Part shown: piece after piece, positions 13,201 to 26,536 of the stretch
Layout of the letters: each line of letters begins with the position of its first letter
How positions within the stretch are numbered: position 1 is the stretch's first letter
DNA from: Catajapyx aquilonaris
Taxonomy: Eukaryota
DNA: 64,000 nt
Direction: 5' to 3'
Assembly: GCA_000934665.2 (NCBI GenBank)
Contig: JYFJ02001660.1
Coordinates: 1-64,000 of the forward strand
Made by a program: the position numbers and the translations under genes
Notes under the pieces: model-generated
What the model saw: only the letters and a program-made list of their open reading frames with translations
What the model was told of the DNA's origin: nothing
The model's database searches: none

Positions 13201-15145
13201 TTGTATGTCCGGGCTACCTAACCCACTTTTGGCCACCCAAGTGCTGATTGACACACTGATGTTTTACATGCCCCACTGATTGAGGGAAAAGTATGAAAAC
13301 TGCACTTTTTAGAGCCTAAATACCCAAAAATTTATGATTTTTTTCTAGTTTGCTCATAACAAGATTTTTGTTTTAAAATTTTATTTAACAAAATAATTGG
13401 GCCATATCGGGGTTTGTACTCTTTTCAAGTCCTACCTGAATGCTAAGCGGCGGTTGCCTGAGGTCGCTCTCATTCAGCATCAGCAGTGCCTTCCCGTCCA
13501 CCTGATGGTTGTCGCACAGCATGCTGACATACTTCTGATGCCCATTCTTCTTCAGCCAGGTCCCGACATCCTCTGGGGTCCAGCTCAACGCCGATTGACT
13601 CAATCCATCCATCGCTTGCGCCTGACCTTGACATGTAACCTGACGTCTCTTCAAATCTGCGGAATTAATAGTAGTACTGATGTTGCAATTTAATTCTCAT
13701 GTTGTCGCTAATGTTGCAACATCAGGGAGCCGCAAAGGCAGCACATATTGTACTGAGCAGTGAATCTAGTTCTTTGCATGACTTGTTGCCATGCTAACCC
13801 GTCGCCCATTGCAATGTTAATCCCATGGCAATGCTAACTCATTGCTATGATAATCCAGTTGCAATTCTAATCCCACTGCTATATGCTAACCCACTGCTAC
13901 ATGTTAATCCCGTTGCAATGCTAACCTGTTGCAATGTTGACCCATCGCCATGCTAATCCTGTTGCAATGCTAAACTGTTGCCATGGGCACACAAAGTTTT
14001 CCCACTTTCAACAATACTCCTAATTAAAAGAGGTTGCCATGCTAACCCATTGCCATGCTAATCCTGTTGTCATTCTAATCCCATTGCAATGTTAATCCTG
14101 TTGCAATGATAACCCATTGCTACGCCAGTTCCATTGCAATGTTAACCTGTTGCCATGTTAATACCTTTGCCATGCTAATCCCATTGCAATGTTAATCCTG
14201 TTGCAATGATAACCCACTGCTATACTAGTTCCATCGCAATGTTAACCTGTTGCCATGTTAATCCCTTTGCCATGCTAATCCCATTGTGATGTTAATCCTG
14301 TTGCAATGATAACCCATTGCTATACTAGTTCCATTGCAATGCTAACCTGTTGCCATGTTAATTCCTTTCCAATATTAATCTGGTGCCATGATAATTTCAT
14401 GGCATTAATGCTAACCCGTCGCAATGCTAATCCTACTGAAGTGTTAATACCGTTGCAATGTTAACCCATTGCCATGCTAACCCCGTTGCCATGGACGACC
14501 AAACGTTTCCAGCTTCCAACAATAATTATTATTCCCAATTCAAAGAGGGTACTGACCCCGAACCCCCTTCGACAAGAGTCGTCGTACATAATTATTATGA
14601 AATTTTTGCTGAGACGCAAATTCCCTTTCCGCCCAATTCCAACCGTCCAGCCCCTGCCAAACCCTGTTCCTAAACGTTCCTCACCTGCGTGTCTTCAACG
14701 TGTATCACCTGGGGGGTTACGCAACAGGGCGGATATCAGACGAGAGGAGGCAACAGAAGACATTATTCCTGTTCGTTCAAACTGGTCATGCGAGTCGCCA
14801 TTTTTGGAACCTTTAAAAAAAAAGGAGAAAAAAAAGGACGAACGGCACTTTTTTTTAAATGTTCCGTCCAATTTTAAATTCATTTAACATGTAATTAACA
14901 GGGAGGGTAATTAAATTGTATTTAAGGTCAGGTTGGGCTATTACTGGTTTATTATGAGTGCATTTTGCATTAATTAATGAACGTGTTTGCTGGCGGACAG
15001 GTGGCAGCACATGTCTCGTATCCCAATGAGTTGCGACATCAGCGCCATCTGTCAGCTGGCAGTTCAAGCTGCGTCCACCTTTGTCTGAACGTGGTTTTCC
15101 CGCGCCTTTTCTTGTTCTCCGCGCCCGAATTTCTTTGTGGGCCAT
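10286..15145 (-). CDS. SMSr: Sphingomyelin synthase-related protein (ceramide phosphoethanolamine synthase, SAM domain)
   Basis: Exons 13656-13436 (SAM domain [19 protein letters not shown]), 13027-12789, 12679-12422 ([17 protein letters not shown]), 12049-11932, 10890-10740 ([10 protein letters not shown]) and 10665-10286 (HEHYSIDV). The first coding exon at 15145-15079 is in frame but tentative; the alternative start is the ATG at 13612. Confidence 0.95.
13785..14492. repeat. About 20-bp minisatellite with an exact 100-bp higher-order repeat
   Basis: Monomers resemble ttgcaatgctaacccattgc / gccatgctaatcctgtt. Blocks starting at 14081, 14181 and 14281 are near-identical 100-mers. Confidence 0.9.
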
Positions 15146-16050
15146 TTTGGGTTGAGAGCTGGTCCGGTCTGGTCTAGTCTGCACGTCGCTCCAGCATCGC
15201 CGCATCATTCGCCGTACTTTGGGTAGCACACAGGTGAAGCGCTGCGTGGTCCACTAGGAATAGGCTGAGACGTACAGGCAGCAGAAAGGTTGTCTTGGTA
15301 CACCCTGTACTTGTAAAAGCAGTGTTCACTGCTGTATGCACATGACCTGTGCCCCCAGTAGCATGAAATGGGTTTTAATGCTGTGTACAGTATGCTTCAG
15401 TACAAGCCAAATTATGCGAAGAAAATGGGCTTGTAGGTGGGCAATGGCCAAGCACGGCCGAGCAACACGATTGTAGTGGCAGCATGTCTAGCATAAGGGG
15501 CTGGGCTCATAAAATGCTCCCCGTTACTGGATTGGAAGGGACAGCGTGGCCCTCCTTGGAAGCAAAGCAATACCTCTGGACACATTTTATTCTGGCAGAA
15601 AATGTAGTCGTGTTTGTCTCTTTAACCCTCTCGTCGCCATGTCTGTGCTCCACGGACGAATACTTTGAGAATTTTGTGCAAAAAAGATATAAATCATCAA
15701 TGAATGCGGGTTTTGGCATGTTCACAAGCAAACCATGCTGAATCAAGCACAAAAATCACATGCTCAAGTCTTTTGTCTGTCTTCTTCGTATGACTTCATC
15801 TTCTGGTGGCCATATTGGAAAAAATTATGTGCAGAATGATAGAGATTGTATGAAGACTAGCTCAATTTTGGGAATGTATTAATTAGATCGGTTTCTAAGC
15901 AACATTTTGCATATAGAATCGTTGCTTGATCCATATACTTCACTGCTATGATTTTTTCCGACCCCCAAGTAGATGCGTATAAGTAGTTATAGCTGTTATG
16001 ATACGCACAGCCTAGACCATGACCTTAAAACGCTAAGGTCTGGTCACTCG

Positions 16051-16339
16051 TATCGCCTGACGGGGCGTTTTGCGGGAGGTGCTCACTTGAGAGTGCCTGT
16101 CATTGATGTGAATACAAGTGGCGACCCTACCGGACAGCGCTGAACTCATGTAGAAGGGAAGAGTCTGTCAAAATTAAGAATCTCATACGTATCATACTCG
16201 TATGAGATTCTTAATTTTGGCCGAATCTTCCCTTCTGCCTAAGTTCAGCGTGGTCCAGTAGGGTCGCCACATGTATTCACATCAATGACAGGCGCTGTCA
16301 AGTGAGCACCTCCTGCAAAACACCCTGTTAGGGGCGATA
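16051..16339. mobile_element. Long foldback (inverted repeat, arms about 140 bp, loop about 8 nt) between SMSr and PCNA
   Basis: The arm 16051-16189 is the reverse complement of 16199-16339 with scattered mismatches (for example aaaattaagaatctcatacg / cgtatgagattcttaatttt). Confidence 0.85.
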
Positions 16340-17265
16340 AGAACTGATTATAGGGGCAGTGTCCGGGAGCTGGCCTAGACTGTGGGGGCAGCGCAGTAAA
16401 TCTGGTGGGAGCACCGATTCAGTGCGGTTCGAATGATATTTAGCAGCACCATATACCTGCTGTCGTATCTTACCTGTTGGTCGTATCTTCAGCGCACGAG
16501 TAAGCGGAAAACTAGGCCGTGGCAGGTATAGCTGGTACCTGGCGGTCGAGGTCTCAGCGCCTAGATGCTAGGCGGCTGGGGCTCAAGGTGTTAAGTCTCC
16601 AGATTAGAAATGCGTAGTTTAATATTTATTCTTTTGCTTCAATGCAACTGGGTAGTGTCACTAACCTGTAAGTAGTTGTGTTGATGGTAAATAGAGTGTT
16701 ACGTTATTCATGGGTGATTAATCACATGTTATGGATTTACTGCTGATCATGCAACCCACCCAGATAAACTCAACTGCTATTACCGTATTTATTTGAATCT
16801 TAAAAGACACACACTTGTCCCTAATGCGGGGGGGAAATGGGATGCGTTTTAGAATCAAGTACAAAGCATTCTTCCATGGCTAACATTTGACTACTTAAGC
16901 CTATTCTTTGACTATTCTATAACTTTGATTCGGGGGGGACTTATATTTGAGTAAATATGGTACTTGTAAGTTTCTTTTTTAAAAAGATGGAGGGTGTGAC
17001 CATTAAGGCAACTATACTGCTGTCATTTTGGTAAGCATTACATCTGCACACAGCCGTAGTATAGGTCAAGTCTCGAGGCAACCCAACGTAGAAACTTGAC
17101 CTTACTGTTATTATGCAACGCTTTTCAAAATGGCAGAGCTGTGTAGTCCACACCTCTAGATTCTGAGCTTCTGCTGTCTATACGCTTCAACTGAGTTTGA
17201 CTATGACAACACATGGAAAGCACGGTCATGATACTGATGCCTTTTGTTCTATTTCAGTTCTTTAA

Positions 17266-18377
<1,112 letters not shown>

Positions 18378-19328
18378 ATATGGAATGAAGGAGTGGTGCC
18401 CTCTTTTTTTTTATACGGAAAAGCAAGAACTGCCTATGTACGGTTTTTTTGTTCGATCATGTGATTTTTTTTGGCTAAGTAAACAGCAACAAGAACAGAT
18501 GGTGTACTTATTCCTCTAATGTGGCATGTTGAGTAGCAATATATTACGGGCGTGTTTATCAACTGGGAAGAAAATCTTTGATAGCGTATTGGGATATGTA
18601 CTGTTTCTTGGGCTAAACCTTTTACTCTTTTGATTAATGTCGCACAAATCATTGGTGAGTAGTTAATTTGTTTACTTTCCGCAACTTGAAAATAACACCT
18701 GTAGTGTTTCGGTAGTTCAACAGCTTTAAAATTATTAACTAGTGTGGTTATGCAACGTTACAGTTATTTTGTCGAGAAAGTGTTTCAAAATTACATGAAA
18801 TGCGATCCTCAAACAAGTTCTTAACTACCGGGAACTCATTTTTTGGGAAAGTTCCATAATTTTGTACCACACGCAAAGTCATGAAAAAGTGCATCAATAG
18901 TTTTCACTTACTCAACATTATGATCGCATGCTTATGTCAAGAAAAGGAAAGTGTTTTACAATATAAAATAGCAAGTTGTTATTGGTGTCAAAGGGTAAAC
19001 CAGTTTTGGTCAAGGTGTACCACTGTAAGTTCATATTACTACTGGGAAAAAGCTTAAATCATATAAATTACCATTTCATAATAGTACATTACTATTGCGA
19101 AAATTCATCTCTGTCTATCAACTTTGTATAGAGAAATGCGATCATTGGTTGAGAATTATTCAGGTTCATTGGGATAGTGTGTTGCAATGCGGATTGCACA
19201 ATTTTGTGGTAAAAATTCAACAATAGTTTTAATGCACAAGAATGTATGCTTACAAAGATATTTCAAATAACTCGCCTGTAGAACAAGATTACAATGTAAG
19301 GTGCTGCAGTTTCTAACCTAAACGTTCA

Positions 19329-21859
19329 TCACGAGCTTTTGAATATTCTGTATTTTAAAATTATGCTTGTTGTTGATACTTTGGATTCATTTTCACTGGT
19401 GGGTTTCCCATTCTGTTAGAAAGAGAATATTTACATGTTTCAGTACATTAATTAAAGTCATTAACATTTTCAAGCGCAATACCTTGAAGGAGTCAGTTTT
19501 CAAGCAGGCAAATTTTCCGCACACATCAGAAAGTTTTGTCATTGCCTTCTGAAAATTTTTAATATGACTGTCAGTATGATATTTTAAAGTGACTGTCAGT
19601 GATTAATATACAGTACTTACCTCATGTTTCTTCTTGTTGTAAGCATCCAGATAAAACTTGTAGAAAAGCGAGAACATGACTATTCCAGTAGGAATTGTCA
19701 GTATCCTTGTAAACCTTGGGTAATCACATTCAACAAAGAATAATTGAAACTGATGTATCATAAGCAAAACAAACTGAACCTGTGAGGACACAAAGTATCA
19801 CGTTTCAGATTATAGAAATAATTTTGTCATAATATGATTTTGTGTAAAACTTGCAGAAATTATATTGTAATTTACCATTTGCAATAGCGTCAGGTACCTC
19901 TTCCACCATAAATATTTATGGTAGCCTAGAGCTGCCAGTAAGTAATACATATACATCAGGACGTGGATGGTGGAGTTAAACGGAAGTATTAAAGTTCCTT
20001 GTCCACCTGAAACACACATTATGTAAAGTACATTATACTTTTAAAAACTTGCAAATATTTTAAGCAATTAGCTTGCCCAGCGACTCACCTCCAATGAAAC
20101 GTGCCACATACCACGTGAAGAAAGGTGTGGTCAGGTGATGATACACATGAAGGAAACTGACTTGCCCATAGCTTTTTCTCAGAACGAAAAATACCTTGAA
20201 AAGCAGAGAAGATAAATGAGACAACTTTGTACCTTCATTTTTTACTGATCATTAATGTATGCATTACCGTATCAAGCCAGTCAACTATCTTGGAAAAGAA
20301 GAAGAACCAGATGGCATACACCATCTGTAATTAATCCATAATTATTTATCGGGTCTTGTACTGTACATATATTGAGCTTGTAATGTGTTGCAATCATGAT
20401 TGTAGTCATTAAAAACAACACTATAATGAAGGTGTACAACCTACTTCGAGCTATATGGTGCCATATTGAAATGAGGCATTTAGAGAAATGATACCGGTAC
20501 CATGAGAATGAGTTCAACCGAAGGCATATACACATTTCGCAAAAACTATCAATGGACCGACTTACGAAATCTTAATTCAATTATTTACATCTGCAAATAT
20601 TTTTTTCCGTAGCTTTATTTCCCAACATGTCGGTTTATTATAGGCTATGGCACTTGGCCTGTAGGACACTCGCAATTGGACGTCCAAAAAGTAATAATTT
20701 AAAAGTACGTGAGTGAGGACAAGAACTTGCCTCTTGAGTACGTGATACCATAATTTGAATCTAATGAGCAGCACAACTACCCAGTAGTAGTGTCGAAATT
20801 TTTTTTAAAATCGCGGTCAGGTTCATGAAACTGCTCTGCAAACATGCTTATTTACTCTTGCATACAATAATTCCCATAATGAACTGCATGCCTGCACTCG
20901 CTTTTTTTGTTGTAAAGAAAACTAATATGGCACATGCTGTACGGAATTTAGTGTTTCCATAATAAAGTCTCCCAGAGAAAGTTTTGTTAACTATTCACAA
21001 TGCAACAATTATTCTCAGCATCATAATATCAACTATGAATATTCGGTGTTATTTCATTTACATTTTATTCTTCGTGTGGAAAAATGTCTCCATGGTAACT
21101 AAACCTGGACAGACAGACAAACAAACAATCAAGCAAACAAACAAACTTTGCCGTTTATAATAATAAGAGAGACTATGCACAATGCAACATTTATCAGCAT
21201 CAATAGATATTCGGTGAATTATTTACATTAATTCTTTGCATGGAAAAAAATTGTCATTTTGACAGACGAACAAACTTTGTCTTTTATAATAATGTAGATA
21301 TTTCTTATCGTGGTATTCCAAGTTCTACTGCAATATGGTATAAAAATTTGAGAAGTATTTACCATCATCGCCTGTGGTCTCCTGGAGAAATCAGTGGGCT
21401 GGCACACGAAACTGTATCCATTAAACCATCCGCCTTTGATACTCTACAAAAGCAACGGTATGCACAGTATAGTAACCACCACTTTTTTGAACAATACCCC
21501 CCCCCCNCCCCCCCCCCCCCCAAACTAACCAAAGCCAGGATCCACAAATTTTGCACCACTTGAAACGCATTATACACCATCATCGTCTTCCGCAGCTTGA
21601 ATGGTTCCCTTCCCTTCATGAACCACGGAAGAAGGTAACAAACCAACACAAAATATCCAGAGCAAGCAACCACAATAGGGTACATGTCACCCAAAAGTGG
21701 CAACTCCTTCACACGCTCATCTGAAGAAAGAAAGAAAAAAGTCAAAAAGAATCATATTTTTGAAGTTCAATGTTACATCGCACCTGTGTTGTCGTGGAAG
21801 AAAAAGTTGTACTGGCTCTTGACAAACCGGAGCAGATGCTGACCATGTTCCGCCTCCAT
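19329..21859 (-). CDS. Very-long-chain fatty acid elongase (ELO/ELOVL family)
   Basis: Exons approx. 21859-21784, 21720-21530, 21443-21363, 20324-20268, 20194-20089, 20007-19876, 19779-19621, plus tentative 3' exons 19548-19483 and 19412-19329. Motifs FMKGREPF, YNAFQV, SKIVDWLDTVFFVLRK, histidine box FLHVYHH, NSTIHVLMYMYY, LWWKRYLT.LQ. Confidence 0.95.
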
Positions 21860-24800
21860 GCTGGACACTTTGGGGGTCAAATGTATGGCCAGTCTTCCAA
21901 GACTTGTGAAAGGTATGGCTACTCACGATTGTATGGCATACCTGAGTGTGGTAGGCCGCCAAACTTAACTCTGAGACCGTTGTGTAATGGTGTACCTTCA
22001 AGAGAGGTCCAAACTACTTTTTGGAACAAGCTTTCTCCTTTTTTTTCTGGGTTGGGCACAAAACTGGTTAGCTTAATTATTCAGCATGTCGTACCAGTAG
22101 GTCTTGTTGTCGCAGGTTCTCCATTGGTTATCGGTTCGAGGTCGTTTATTAGATGATCTGTTTTTTGTGTGTGTAGGAAAAGTACAGTTAGTGTACGTCA
22201 GCATAATTTTTTTTAAACTAATTTGATGTGGACAGAACCTGATTTTTGAGGAGGTCCGAATTTTTCTGACTGACCTACACCAACATTGGTTCTTTTTTGC
22301 TACGAACCAGACATACCTTTAGAAGGAAACCTTGCCCTTATTGGGTTGCCGGTTTATCTTGATGTCATGTTAATAAAATAATTTAATTAAACACGTCCTG
22401 CTGCTTTTATACAATTAGCGATATCGTCAGGTGGGGTTTTTTTTGCTCGTTCTAACCTTCACCTTGTTTATAGGAGTGTAGAGTGCCAAGGTACACACGT
22501 GGGTGACACTGTTTTGACATTTAAACATGTACGAATTGAACTGTTATCATGATAAAGTGAAATGAATGACTTTACGCACAATGTAATTAAGCAAAAAATG
22601 GAACTACACATAACCGCAATTAGGTTACCCACAAAATGTATTGCAAAACTGTGCCTGTTAAGAAATAAGTGTCATAGGTCACGTAACAATTATTTCGTAT
22701 GTCGTGTAAGTAACATAGGTTTACAACTACACCGAGAGAGTGAAGGTTGTAATCGCCATTTAAAAAATTTCATTGCGGCAGCAATACTACGAATTATCCT
22801 AAGAAAGTACACAGAGAAATCGCGTCTCGTCCGCCATTGACCCTTAACCTTATTGCAAAAAGGTAATGACCCGCAGGGCTATTTAATTGGCCATTTTCCT
22901 GCAAGCCAATCACTTTCACTTCACTGACCGACATACCGGACACGAAAAATACCTGATAGCCAGTATTTTGCATACCATTACATTTCCATTGTACCAATGT
23001 AAAAATATGCAGAATTTGGCATCAAGCTACTTCCTCTAACATTTTCCTGGTTATTAATATTATTAGTTACCGGTAGGCCACTTAATATATTCGTATCATT
23101 GAAGAAGTAATGCTAATTTGCATTTTAAATATTTTTGGCGGTTCTTACAGGAATACTTTCAATTCTTGTTAGAAGCTCTTAAAAAATTACCTACCGCAGT
23201 ATGGAAACATTTGTAATCTACAGTACTTATGCGTAAGTGATGGTGCAGGCTACTGCCCCAATCCCCAGTAATTCAATGGGAGGGTAGGCCTAAGCGAAGT
23301 TATGGATTCTGAAACCGGTTTAAGATAAGCTGCACCTGTTAGAAAGACAGTGTTTGGTATTTGTTTCTGGATCATATATATTTTTTGCCTCACCGACATT
23401 TCTGGGCTATTCTGACAGGACATCATAAATTATGATCAAAAATTTCTTATCCTTTCACTAAAGTTAGCATTTATAAGCAACACTAATAGTAATTATATAA
23501 TTATGCGCAATAGGTACAAACTTCATAATATTACTTTTTGTGCAAATTATTTATGCTACACCCAGGATTACCTTGATGCTGCTTCCTGAGGTTGTCCTCT
23601 TCGGTGTAAACATTCTATAGAACTGAATTTATCTGAATGATCTTCGCTGTTTGTGCAGCTTTAATTGCATGCACTGAAAACAGCAGGATCTCATGCATGA
23701 GATTATTATACGGTGAATTGGGTGATACGATGTGAATCATGCATTCATTTTTGTGGGAATGTTTTAAGCGGCATTGGAATTTTTCATATGATAATATTGC
23801 GGTATACTAATCGATAGTGCAAAAATATTTTGATTGTGTGTGCCATAAAGGTAATAATATTTGATTGAAATTATTAGTAGTCGGTTTGATATCGCTGCAT
23901 TATTGGCACACCCAGACCGTTTTGCATGGAGCCCTTTCAGTGTTAGTGGAGCAAAAAAGATTGTGCAACGAAAATAATTTTTTGTCACGCAATAAAGAAT
24001 TTTATAACAGTAATTTAACAGTGTTTTCTTCCTAAAAGGGGGTTTACAGTACATACTTCACGATTTTCTGCGTACGTTAACATTCCTAAAAGATAACTAT
24101 CGATGATTACCTGCTTCACTTAGCTTGTGAACGATCACTATTGAATGTCCAGGAGTGGGACGCAATTTGCCCTGATATCCTCTTTTCTACGCTCGAGTTA
24201 TTTTGCAAAGATTCTTAGGGATGATACGGTATCCAATAAATTACTGTAGTTGAAGTTCGGGAAGAGGATCTTGAAGGTATTGAATCTCATAGGTTTGTAA
24301 TAATACCAAGAATTCGCAATAATGTCATGCCATAAAATTTTTAACTGTTTCTGTCAGCATTTTGGAAATACTTTCCTGCTGTATTTTTTTTTCTACTTCG
24401 CTTACACACTATATCAACTCCCAAAAAAGAAGCACGGCATGAGTCTTGAAACTAATTAATTAAACTAAACACATGGCAAAACGCAGTAAGTTTCGACATA
24501 TATATACAGTAATGCAATGTTATTTTTAAACATTTCTCACAACATTATCAGTAATGGGAAAAAGTATAGAAATTTTTCATTACGTGTTGTAGGTTAGTGC
24601 ACGAAGCTTTAACTACCGCATGAGTTAAGAAACAGGAGTGCAGTTATATAATGGGGCGTATACCAGTGATTGGCTGTATTAAAATGAAAATTAGCATATT
24701 AACGTCAATGTAAAATATCATTGGCTTAAATCAAACTAAAGTGAATTAATAAGCCTTGCGAGAGTATATGTATTTCGCAAACCTTTGGTAACCCTGCATT

Positions 24801-25248
24801 TTCCCAGCCTTTTGCAAAATTTTCAACCTTGAAAAATTTGTACGTAGATAGTGATCTTGAACGCTTGCAATTTTTAGCGCATATTTTGATACTAATGTTA
24901 GGCCCACATAGGCAGATTACTAACATTAGTAAAAACTTTTCCTCCCTCAACTAGTTAGATTCAATATTACATGCAAATGCCAGTGTGCCTATATGGGGAA
25001 AAATCTGCATATTTAAATGCTGATAATAATACCGTATTTTGCATTTAAAATATTCCCATCAACCCCTCTATTAGGTTATTCAACATCAATTTGGCAAACA
25101 ATCGGAAATAGTCAAGCCACATTCGTTATTATATTATTCTTCTGAGGGAATCTATTATAATGATGAGGAATATAATTAAAGTCCCATGTCGGTATCTACA
25201 ATAACGTTATGTGGTGTCCAAATTTCAAGACGAACAATTTAAGAACGA

Positions 25249-25259
25249 CGACTACGACG

Positions 25260-25337
<78 letters not shown>
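25249..25337. repeat. (CTA)n microsatellite
   Basis: Long pure run of cta units preceded by cga variants. Confidence 0.95.
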
Positions 25338-25341
<4 letters not shown>

Positions 25342-25346
25342 TTTAA

Positions 25347-25510
25347 CCCTGTAATGCCCCTTGGGTCATATCTGGCACACCATTTAGTGCAATTTGGCAC
25401 TTACAGGAAATATAAAAATTGCAAAAGTTGCAAAAATTGCAAAAATTGCACTAAATGGTGTGCCAGATATGACCCAGTGGGCATTACTTAGATTAGTGGG
25501 CATTACAGGG
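25347..25510. mobile_element. piggyBac-like MITE with TTAA target-site duplication
   Basis: TTAA|CCCTGTAATGCCC ... GGGCATTACAGGG|TTAA, plus an internal inverted repeat tgggtcatatctggcacaccatttagtgcaattt / aaattgcactaaatggtgtgccagatatgaccca. Confidence 0.85.
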
Positions 25511-26156
25511 TTAACTCAACCGACACAATTTTTTTTTGGAATAACTAAATAAAATAAATAAATTTGATAAATTTCCCTTATATCCCACAATGCAACAAAT
25601 ATTTTGGGAATAGATCACATTATCCCTGAATGCTCTATTAGATCACCGTATTTTCTTTAAAAACATATAGTACTTACAATGTGATCAAAATGCACGTCCA
25701 GTTCAATGATCCAGAAGTCTATAGTAGCCTAGCGGCTGTAGCACTGTTGGTTCACTACAGGGTTTACTGATTAACTGATTTCAACATCTCCAAATCACGG
25801 CAGGCGGCCTAATTATTCGCAGCACTGTTACGTATACCCAATGGCCTTGGCGTGCGGGGATTGGATTTTAACTATTAATTATTACATCATATCCTATATA
25901 AACTACTGGGTGCTGGGGAAAGTGCTCATATTTTCCCCCACACATTTCCTGGCACATTCTGACATGCAAGGTGTATAATTTATTACAATTCAATCCAAAT
26001 ACTCGAGCGAGAAAATTATTATTTTTTAAAATAATTTTTTAAAAATGTGAGCAATATAATTATGTCCATGTGCGCATGTAGTGTCAAAGAATTATGAAAG
26101 TCCAGGTCCAGGTTACTCATCTGCCTCCTAATTACAAAAGGTCGAAAAATCTTGTA

Positions 26157-26306
26157 CAGTCGACTCCGGATATAACAGACTTCAAGTGACCTCGGAAAAA
26201 AGTCTGTTATAACCGTAGTTTGTTAATATCCAAATGGCCACTTTTGCAAGTACGAATAGTCCTGCACATGTTTTCTGTTTTAGGGTATTATATCCGGAGT
26301 CAACTG
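26157..26306. mobile_element. Tc1/mariner-pogo-type MITE
   Basis: TA|CAGTCGACTCCGGATATAA ... TTATATCCGGAGTCAACTG terminal inverted repeats. A partial second copy lies at 47926-47980. Confidence 0.75.
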
Positions 26307-26379
26307 ACTGCAATTTTGATTAACTAATTTTAAATGATGTTCGAAAAAAGCCCGCGCCCGATATTATCGCAAAAAATTA

Positions 26380-26396
26380 TATCGATAATATCGATA
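26380..26396. promoter_or_regulatory. Two tandem DRE motifs (TATCGATA)
   Basis: Exact TATCGATA at 26380-26387 and 26389-26396, followed by AAGATGGC, about 140 bp upstream of the SRPBCC-gene ATG. DRE is the DREF-bound housekeeping promoter element known from Drosophila. Confidence 0.6.
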
Positions 26397-26536
26397 ATAT
26401 CGTAACGTCAAAGATGGCTGCGCACTGCTTAAAAATTGATGATCTCCTTTATGTTGTCCTTCCTGGTGGTCGATGGAGACCACGTAGCACTCTGATCGAT
26501 TCCTCACTTCCTCCTGCATAACACCTGCTAGTCAAT

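Noticed and set aside
13785..14492. Repeat array as a CRISPR locus
   Set aside because: The monomers are contiguous and degenerate with no unique spacers, there are no cas genes, and the context is a eukaryotic intron.
16709..16751. C/D-box snoRNA in the PCNA 5'UTR intron
   Set aside because: The C-like box is imperfect (GTGATTA) and the span to CTGA is only about 35 nt, which is too short.
21365..21530. ORF-track reading 'GGGGXGGGYCSKKWW...' as an elongase insertion
   Set aside because: This is intron plus the wrong frame. The real exon 21443-21363 reads SIKGGWFNGYSFVCQPTDFS.
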